This document shows, piece by piece, positions 57,666-64,000 of a DNA stretch of 64,000 nt. Made by a program: the position numbers and the translations under genes. The notes below the pieces were generated by a model that saw only the letters and a list, made by a program, of their open reading frames with translations, was not told the DNA's origin and made no database searches. The stretch is taken from positions 4,356 through 68,355 of the forward strand of contig JBDGRE010000001.1 in the NCBI GenBank assembly GCA_042218325.1. The letters run 5' to 3'. Position 1 is the first letter of the stretch. Every line of letters starts with the position of its first letter. Source of the stretch: Candidatus Nanohaloarchaea archaeon (GTDB lineage: Archaea > Nanohalarchaeota > Nanosalinia > Nanosalinales > Nanosalinaceae).

Positions 57666-58924
57666 TACTCGACTTCCGAGCCCTCGTACAGCGGGAACTC
57701 CTCCAGCAGCCCGGATACCCGCGAGGAAACCTGCTCTTCTACGTCGCCGTCTCCAGGGTTGTGGATCCGCCGGGCTATCATCTCACCGATTTCCTCCAGC
57801 TCGTCCTCCTTCATGCCGCGGGTGGTCAGCGCCGGGGTGCCTATCCTGACTCCCGAGGTGACCCTCGGGCTCTCCGGGTCGTAGGGCACCATGTTCTTGT
57901 TAACGATGATGTTGCAGTCCTCGAGCGCCGCCTCCGCCTCCTTACCGGTAACGTCTTCATCGCGGAGGTCCACCAGCACAAGGTGGTTGTCGGTGCCGCC
58001 GGAGACCAGATCGATGTCGTTCTCCCGGAGACCTCTCGCGAGCGCTTTCGTGTTCTTCTTTATCTGCCTGGCGTAATCCTCGAACTCTGGTTTCATGGCC
58101 TCCTTGAAGCTTACGGCCTTGCCGGCGACCTGGTGCATCAGCGGGCCACCCTGCGAGTAAGGGAAGACAGCGGAGTCCACGTCGTCCGCGTACTCCTCTT
58201 TGCAGAGTATCATCCCTCCACGGGCGCCCCGGATGGATTTGTGGGTGGTGGTGGTGACGATATCGCACTCCGGGAACGGCGATGGATGCTCGCCCGCCGC
58301 GACCAGGCCGGAGATATGGGCGATGTCGCACATCAGCTTCGCGCCGACCTCGTCCGCCACTTCGCGGAACATCTCGAAGTCGATCTCTCTGGGATACGCG
58401 GAGTAGCCGCAGACTATCAGGTCCGGGTCGTGCGCCTTCGCCGCTTCGAGGACGTCCTCACGCTCGAACTGTTCCGTCTCCTCGTTTATCGCGTACGTAT
58501 CGAAATCGAACAGGTCGCCTGAAAAGTTGACGCCGTGCCCGTGCGTCAGGTGGCCGCCGTGCGACAGCACGGGTCCCAGTACACGGTCGCCCTGTTCCAG
58601 CACCGCGAAGTACGCGGCGAAGTTCGCGGTCGAACCCGAGTGTGGCTGTACGTTGGCGTGGTCCGCGCTGAATATCTCGCAGGCCCTGTCGCGGGCAAGG
58701 TCCTCGATGGTGTCGTGGTACTCGCAGCCGGCGTAGTACCTTTTCCCGGGGTAGCCCTCCGCGTACTTGTTGGTCAGGACCGAGCCCTGCGCCTGCAGGA
58801 CCTGGCGGGGCACGAAGTTCTCGGAGGCTATCATCTCCAGCCCCTCTTTCTCCTGCCGCTCCATCTCGTTTTTGAGTGCCTCGTGTACTTCCGGGTCAGC
58901 GTCTGAAAGATTCTGGTGTCGCAT
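57662..58924 (-). CDS. glyA: Serine hydroxymethyltransferase
   Basis: IASENF, NKYAEGYPGKRYY, TTTTHKS. Confidence 0.97.
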   Translation of the reverse strand: MRHQNLSDADPEVHEALKNEMERQEKEGLEMIASENFVPRQVLQAQGSVLTNKYAEGYPGKRYYAGCEYHDTIEDLARDRACEIFSADHANVQPHSGSTANFAAYFAVLEQGDRVLGPVLSHGGHLTHGHGVNFSGDLFDFDTYAINEETEQFEREDVLEAAKAHDPDLIVCGYSAYPREIDFEMFREVADEVGAKLMCDIAHISGLVAAGEHPSPFPECDIVTTTTHKSIRGARGGMILCKEEYADDVDSAVFPYSQGGPLMHQVAGKAVSFKEAMKPEFEDYARQIKKNTKALARGLRENDIDLVSGGTDNHLVLVDLRDEDVTGKEAEAALEDCNIIVNKNMVPYDPESPRVTSGVRIGTPALTTRGMKEDELEEIGEMIARRIHNPGDGDVEEQVSSRVSGLLEEFPLYEGSEVEY

Positions 58925-58925
58925 C

Positions 58926-60194
58926 TTATCCTACCTCGATGTACTCCTGGCCGTCCATGTACTCGGTTAGGGCCTCGGGAATCCTTATCCCGTCCTCTGT
59001 CTGGTTGTTCTCGATTATCGCGGTCATGACTCTTGAAGTGGCGCAGGCGGTCGCGTTCAGCGTGTGCGCGGTCTCGTTGTCTCCCCCGCGCCTGATACGG
59101 GTCTTCAGCTTCCGGGCCTGGTAGTCCGTGCAGTTCGAGCACGAGACGACCTCGCCGTACTCCTGCAGCGGCGGCCTCCAGACCTCGATATCGTACTTCT
59201 TCGCCGGAGTATCACCCAGGTCACCGGTGCAGACGTTCACGACCCGGTAAGGCAGCTCCAGCTCCTTCATGACCTGCTCGGCGTTGTCGAGCAGCTCGTC
59301 GTGCAGGTCCCACGAATCCGAGGGCTCGCAGAAGATGAACTGCTCTATCTTTTCGAACTGGTGGACCCGCCATATACCCCGTGTCTGGGTGCCGTGCTTG
59401 CCGGCCTCCCTGCGGAAGTTGGTGGAGAAGCCCGCGTACTTCTTCGGCAGCTCGCCCGGCTCCAGTATCTCATCGAAGTGGTACGCGGCCAGGGTCTGCT
59501 CGGAGGTGGCTATCATGTACTGGTCGCGCTCCTCCAGCGAGAACAGCTGTTCTTGGAAATCCTCGAGCTCCGCGGCAGCCTCCATCTGCTCCTCGTTGAG
59601 GTAGTAAGGCGTCTGCATCGGCACGTGTTCTTTTTCCCGGAGGATATCCATCGCGAACCTCTGTAGCGCCCAGTTCAGCCGCACGAGTTCGTTCTTCAGG
59701 TAGTAGGCCCGGTCGCCCGCGACCTCCGTCGCCTTCTCCGTATCGACAAGGTCAGAATCTTCCAAGAGGTCGGCGGCCAGCTCCGCGTCTTCTCTTCTCC
59801 CGCTCTCCGGTTCCCACGAGCGGGTCTCCACATTGTCGTCCTCGTCCTCGCCCTTGGGTACTGAGTCGTGGACGATGTTGCCTATCTTGTAACGGGCCTC
59901 GTCCCGTTCCTCCTTGAGTTCGTCTGTTTTCTCTTTTAGTTCCTCGATGCGCTGCTTGACCTCGGACATCTCCTCGATGAGTTCGGCGGCGTCTTCCCCT
60001 GCCTGCTTCCTCTCGGCGATCTCGTCGCCGACCTCGTTGCGGCGCTGCTGCAGCTCCTGCAGCTCTTGGACTTTCTCGCGCCACTCTTCGTCGAGCTCTC
60101 TCACGCGGTCGACCCGCGATGGGTCCTTGTCCCTCCGTTTTTCGGATTCCTTTATCTTCTCCGGTTCCTCGCGGAACATCTCCATGTCAAGCAT
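58926..60194 (-). CDS. serS: Serine--tRNA ligase
   Basis: N-terminal coiled coil, ATSE, FRREAG, RVHQFEKIEQF, SCSNCTDYQAR, HTLN. Confidence 0.97.
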   Translation of the reverse strand: MLDMEMFREEPEKIKESEKRRDKDPSRVDRVRELDEEWREKVQELQELQQRRNEVGDEIAERKQAGEDAAELIEEMSEVKQRIEELKEKTDELKEERDEARYKIGNIVHDSVPKGEDEDDNVETRSWEPESGRREDAELAADLLEDSDLVDTEKATEVAGDRAYYLKNELVRLNWALQRFAMDILREKEHVPMQTPYYLNEEQMEAAAELEDFQEQLFSLEERDQYMIATSEQTLAAYHFDEILEPGELPKKYAGFSTNFRREAGKHGTQTRGIWRVHQFEKIEQFIFCEPSDSWDLHDELLDNAEQVMKELELPYRVVNVCTGDLGDTPAKKYDIEVWRPPLQEYGEVVSCSNCTDYQARKLKTRIRRGGDNETAHTLNATACATSRVMTAIIENNQTEDGIRIPEALTEYMDGQEYIEVG

Positions 60195-60326
60195 ACATCA
60201 GAACCTCGTGGAGATTAATTGGGTAGAAAGGGTTTAAACTATTCGCGAACGTGCCGAACGGAAAAACGTCCACCCTTCATTGGTACAGTCCAACATTTTC
60301 TCGGGACTGTTAAATACGTTTTTCTG

Positions 60327-60743
60327 CTACCCGTCCCGGTAGTGCGTTCTCACTAGTTCCTTCAGCGACTCGTTCGAATCCCTGTCGAGGAACTCCTCCG
60401 GCGTGACCCACTCGTAACCCGTGATGTTCTCGTCGGCCGGGTTCGAACCTATATCCAAGTCGCCTGAAAAACTATCTGTCCCGAAAACGGTCAGCACCAC
60501 CTGTTCACCGTTGTTCTCTGGGCCTATGAAGAAGTGGTACATGCCGACAGGTTCCGTGATCTCGGCCTCCAGCGAGACCTCCTCCTGAATCTCTCTTTCG
60601 AGGGCCTCGCGCGGCGCCTCGCCGTACTCGACCCGGCCGCCGGGCAGCGTCCAGAGAGTCCTGTCGCCGACCTTGAGTTCAAGCCCGAGGAAGCGATCTT
60701 CCTGCTCTATGAACGCCTTTACCGCGGCCATCGGCCTCCGCAT
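60327..60743 (-). CDS. Nudix hydrolase
   Basis: Intact Nudix box GGRVEYGEAPREALEREIQEEVS. Confidence 0.92.
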   Translation of the reverse strand: MRRPMAAVKAFIEQEDRFLGLELKVGDRTLWTLPGGRVEYGEAPREALEREIQEEVSLEAEITEPVGMYHFFIGPENNGEQVVLTVFGTDSFSGDLDIGSNPADENITGYEWVTPEEFLDRDSNESLKELVRTHYRDG

Positions 60744-61492
60744 CAGTTATCCTCCAGCACCAGGTTCTCGTCGAAGACGCCGCGCTCCTCTTCCTTTTCG
60801 GCGCGGATGTAGTCCATCTCCTCGTGAGCCTCGAGTACGTCGAGGTAACGGTCCAGCGCCTCGTAAAGGTCCGCGACCTCCTCGAGCTCTCCTGATTCGT
60901 GGAGTTCCTGGGCTTCCTCCAGTATCTTGTCTCGCAGCAGTTCTGGCATCGCGCTGTCCTCTACCTGCTCGACCACGGGTTCTCCGCCATCTTGCTCTAT
61001 GATTTCTGGTATCCGGTCGCGGACTATCTTCGGCAGTTCATCTTTCTTTTCACTGTCTTCTGTCTCTTCTTCGTCCTCTTCCCCGTTTTCCTCCTCGAAC
61101 TCCTTGAGTATGTCGGACAGGTCCTGGTTCAGGTTCTTCCGCAGCAGGTCCTCGAGGCCAAGCCACTGGTAGTCGACTATCTCCCCGTTCTCGGTATCGA
61201 TATCCACAGAGCCTTGGACTTCCGATGTCCTGAAAACAGTTACCACCACCTGCGCGCCGTCGTCTTCCGCCCCCGCGAAGTAGTGGTATATGCCGACGGG
61301 ATTGCCCGGCGCTATCTCTATGGAGAGTTGCTGTTCCACAGCCCTGTGTAAAGCGTTCTGTGGGCTCTCGCCGTGCTCGACGTGCCCTCCGGGCAGAGTC
61401 CACATGTGCTGGTCTCCCGCCGTTATCTTAAGGCCGAGAACCTTACCGTCCCGCTCTACAAGAGCCTTGACCGCTGCGCTTGGGCCACTCAT
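60743..61492 (-). CDS. Fusion: degenerate Nudix + MazG/HisE-like NTP pyrophosphohydrolase
   Basis: PGGHVEHGE..ALHRAVEQQ; KIVRDRIPEII, LEEAQEL, EEVADLYE, KEEERGVF. Confidence 0.85.
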   Translation of the reverse strand: MSGPSAAVKALVERDGKVLGLKITAGDQHMWTLPGGHVEHGESPQNALHRAVEQQLSIEIAPGNPVGIYHYFAGAEDDGAQVVVTVFRTSEVQGSVDIDTENGEIVDYQWLGLEDLLRKNLNQDLSDILKEFEEENGEEDEEETEDSEKKDELPKIVRDRIPEIIEQDGGEPVVEQVEDSAMPELLRDKILEEAQELHESGELEEVADLYEALDRYLDVLEAHEEMDYIRAEKEEERGVFDENLVLEDN

Positions 61493-61495
61493 TTT

Positions 61496-62143
61496 TCACT
61501 CCTCCGAAAACAGTCTCAGTATTATCTGGAGCACCTGGATGAACACACCCATGTACGCGACGTAAAGCCCGATAGCGTTGAGGTAGACTCTGCCGGGATG
61601 AGTGCTCATCTCCCATATCTCGTGGACCAGGTAGACTATGAAGCCGAGCAGGGCGCAGACGAACGCCAGCAAGAGGAAAGGCGTCACGAAGGTCCCTACA
61701 CCGCCGAACACGAGGACACCGATGAACAGGTAGCTCGAGTAACGGCTCCAGCTCGAGAAGTCCCTGTCGGTCCCGTATACCAGCGCTCCGGCAAGCAGCG
61801 CGATGACGGTGGTGACGACCGCTGTGACCCCGAGCGCAGCTATCTGGAAGTCGAGGCTGAAGCCTGCGAGAAGGCCGGCACCGAAAGAGCCATACGCGAA
61901 CTGCAGGAGCCCTGCGCCGAGCAGCGCTATCCCGATATCGTTCCGCTTGATACCTCTCTCGGCGAAGTAGTTCCCGCCCGTGAGCAGGGCGCCGTAGAAT
62001 ATTATGCCGACTATGGCGTAGCTGAACATCAGCCCAAGCAGTTGTGAGACCGGTGTGTAGGCGAGTGCACCCATCAGCGCGATGTTCAGCAGTATCAGTC
62101 CGACGCTGATTCCGAGACTTTTCAGCTCATTGGTATCAAGCAT
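61496..62143 (-). CDS. Bax inhibitor-1/YccA-family membrane protein
   Basis: About 7 TM helices, TDRDFS, C-terminal AIGLYVAYMGVFIQVLQI. Confidence 0.75.
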   Translation of the reverse strand: MLDTNELKSLGISVGLILLNIALMGALAYTPVSQLLGLMFSYAIVGIIFYGALLTGGNYFAERGIKRNDIGIALLGAGLLQFAYGSFGAGLLAGFSLDFQIAALGVTAVVTTVIALLAGALVYGTDRDFSSWSRYSSYLFIGVLVFGGVGTFVTPFLLLAFVCALLGFIVYLVHEIWEMSTHPGRVYLNAIGLYVAYMGVFIQVLQIILRLFSEE

Positions 62144-62227
62144 CTCTACACGCGAAGGTGCGGTTGCATACTTTTAATCACTGTCGATTGCGGAGAGTAC
62201 AAAAGATTCCCTGCTTTATCTTGAGCC

Positions 62228-62905
62228 ATGGAGGACAGGGAACTCCCGGGCCATGTTATAGTCATCGAGGGGCCTGACGGCTCCGGGACCACGACCCAGG
62301 CGAAGAAACTGGCGGAGGAGCTCGACGCGCATTACACCGCTGAACCTACGGGGGGCAAGATAGGGGAGAAGGTGCAGGAGATGATAACCTCCGAGAAATA
62401 CTCCGCGGAGGCTATCGCGCTGGCGTTCGCCGCTGACCGGGCCACACATGTAGAGGAGGAGATAGTACCGAGGCTCGAGAACGGCGAGACAGTGGTGTGC
62501 GACCGTTACTATCATTCCTCGCTGGTCTACCAGCCTGCTCTTGGCGCGGACGAGGAATGGGTGAGGCAGCTGAACCGGTACATGCTGACGCCCGACATCA
62601 CGTTAGTGCTGGACATCTCTTCGAAGAAGGCGCTGGACCGGGTCAACAAGCGTGAAAATGAGGTGACGGAGGAGACCGTGCCGGAGTACGATGAGAGCCA
62701 GGCCAGTCTTGGCTACTTTATGAGGGATGGCGAGGACGACAACATCTTCGAGAACCTCAGCTTTCAGGAGAAAGTCGTGCTTGGCTACCAGAAGCTCAAA
62801 GACGGCCTTGAGGAGCCGGTCTTCATCGTGGACAGCGACCAGGGGGTGGCGGATGTCTTCGAGGAAGTTCTAAGTATCGCGAGAAAGGAGCTGGACCTAA
62901 GTTAG
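62228..62905 (+). CDS. tmk: Thymidylate kinase
   Basis: IEGPDGSGTTTQ, EPT, FAADR, CDRYYHSSLVYQ. Confidence 0.95.
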   Translation: MEDRELPGHVIVIEGPDGSGTTTQAKKLAEELDAHYTAEPTGGKIGEKVQEMITSEKYSAEAIALAFAADRATHVEEEIVPRLENGETVVCDRYYHSSLVYQPALGADEEWVRQLNRYMLTPDITLVLDISSKKALDRVNKRENEVTEETVPEYDESQASLGYFMRDGEDDNIFENLSFQEKVVLGYQKLKDGLEEPVFIVDSDQGVADVFEEVLSIARKELDLS

Positions 62906-62940
62906 CTTTTTATTCGGGGCTGACCTGCTACTCGAATAGG

Positions 62941-63516
62941 ATGCCGGAAGATGTCGAAGAGACCAACTCAGGAGTGAAGAAGAAGGGTGACTGGAAAGAG
63001 GTCGCAGAGTTCGGTGAGGAAGTAGAGGAAGCGATGGAGCAGAGCGAGATCGATGAGGAATCGGTCGAGAAGTTCCGTGACTGGCGGCCCAAGCAGGGTG
63101 AAGCGGAGAACGATATGAAGAAAAAGACCGTCGACAAGGCGGTCGTGGAGGAAAAAGAGGTCGAGGAGATGGATGACGGCGTCCGCGAGGGCCTGAAGGA
63201 GGCCTCCGGCAAGGTCGCGGAGGCCGGCAAGAAAGCAAGGAACGGCGAGAGAGCAGAGAGCGAGATGGTCGACGCCTCCGAGGATGTCGCCGCACCCCTC
63301 GTCTCAAGGATAGTGAAGCTTTTCAGGAGGTTCGAGTCCATGGTTTACTCGCGTTTCTCGCTGAGAGACGACCGTTACTACCTTGATACAGAGGATTTCT
63401 CCGTCGACATGAAGTCGAAGAACGGGGAGTACGAGATGGACGTTAACTTCCCTACTGAAAGCCCGAAGAAGCAGTTAAGGCACGGCATGGAGGATATGAG
63501 TGGCGGAGATAGTTAA
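62941..63516 (+). CDS. Conserved haloarchaeal-type hypothetical protein (DUF5828-like)
   Basis: SGVKKKGDW.EV.EFGE, DWRPK, KKKTVDKA, FRRFESMVY. Confidence 0.7.
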   Translation: MPEDVEETNSGVKKKGDWKEVAEFGEEVEEAMEQSEIDEESVEKFRDWRPKQGEAENDMKKKTVDKAVVEEKEVEEMDDGVREGLKEASGKVAEAGKKARNGERAESEMVDASEDVAAPLVSRIVKLFRRFESMVYSRFSLRDDRYYLDTEDFSVDMKSKNGEYEMDVNFPTESPKKQLRHGMEDMSGGDS

Positions 63517-64000
63517 CGTCGTCGCGACCGTGGCATCAGTTTTCATGGGTATCTCGATAGGCGCTTCAACAGTTGCATCTGCCTTCGGGCCGGTTAACTC
63601 CGCCCGCTCCGCGAACGTTCTGCGGTCAGCGCTTTTCGCAGGTGTATTCGCGTTCATAGGAGCGGTTACGCAGGGAGGGAACGTGACCAAGACAGTCGGC
63701 TCCGGTATACTTGGAGGGGCGATAACCGAGCTCCAGGCCGCGTCAGTACTGATAGTGGCGGCGAGCCTCGTCATACTCAGTGTCACCAGTGACTACCCTA
63801 TGCCGACCGCTTTCACTGTAATAGGGGCTGTTATAGGCGCAGGCCTGGGTGCAGGGAGCGGCGTCCAGTGGCTGACAGTGGCCAGGATAGTCGGTTACTG
63901 GCTCGCGGTACCCGTGCTTGCGGTGGGGATAGGATACGGCCTGGCAAGCCTGATAAGGCGGCTCGTGACACGGGAGGGCTCGGAACGCGAGATAAAGTAC
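63500..64000 (+). CDS. PiT-family inorganic phosphate/anion transporter (runs off the window end)
   Basis: Manual translation from GTG 63500: FMGISIGASTVASAFG...FIGAVTQGGNVTKTVGSGI...PMPTAFTVIGAVIGAG. Confidence 0.85.
   Translation, partial: MAEIVNVVATVASVFMGISIGASTVASAFGPVNSARSANVLRSALFAGVFAFIGAVTQGGNVTKTVGSGILGGAITELQAASVLIVAASLVILSVTSDYPMPTAFTVIGAVIGAGLGAGSGVQWLTVARIVGYWLAVPVLAVGIGYGLASLIRRLVTREGSEREIKY

Noticed and set aside
60285-60310. Inverted repeat ACAGTCC-12-GGACTGT between the Nudix gene and serS
   Set aside because: A single 7-bp stem can arise by chance; it may be a terminator or operator but there is no supporting evidence
1-64000. Many long antisense or alternate-frame ORFs (e.g. 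19642..21009, 40336..41799, 28540..29586, 52556..53896)
   Set aside because: They are shadows of real genes caused by high GC and biased codon usage; they have no motifs and fully overlap confident genes

Overview
GC-rich archaeal DNA encoding strongly acidic proteins. It fits a DPANN halophile, most likely Nanohaloarchaeota; this is inferred from gene content and protein composition, not from a database search. The window holds (i) the ftsZ-secE-spt5-L11-L1-L10-L12-alaS cluster, interrupted by several orphan genes, (ii) a bacterial-type leuS, two MinD-like ATPases and a HIT protein, (iii) a ~22 kb glycogen/glycolysis/gluconeogenesis region (PGM, ADP-sugar kinase, TPI, debranching enzyme, GT3 glycogen synthase, PGI, GT4s, GH57, GAPDH, FBA, FBPase), (iv) hel308, (v) an 8 kb cluster of three large surface proteins, two of which share an unusual cytoplasmic tail motif, and (vi) a folate/thymidylate cluster (folA, folC, thyA, glyA, tmk) with serS, Nudix/MazG-like genes and an orphan kinase-like gene. 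No rRNA, tRNA, CRISPR array or transposase was recognised. Best leads: the FDYSF-tailed surface protein cluster, an HTH + degenerate LAGLIDADG-like gene inside the r-protein operon, a His-to-Gln change in the AlaRS editing site, a single-domain GT-B protein, a +1-frameshifted methyltransferase and a hairpin array between rpl11 and rpl1. All calls come from reading motifs by eye.
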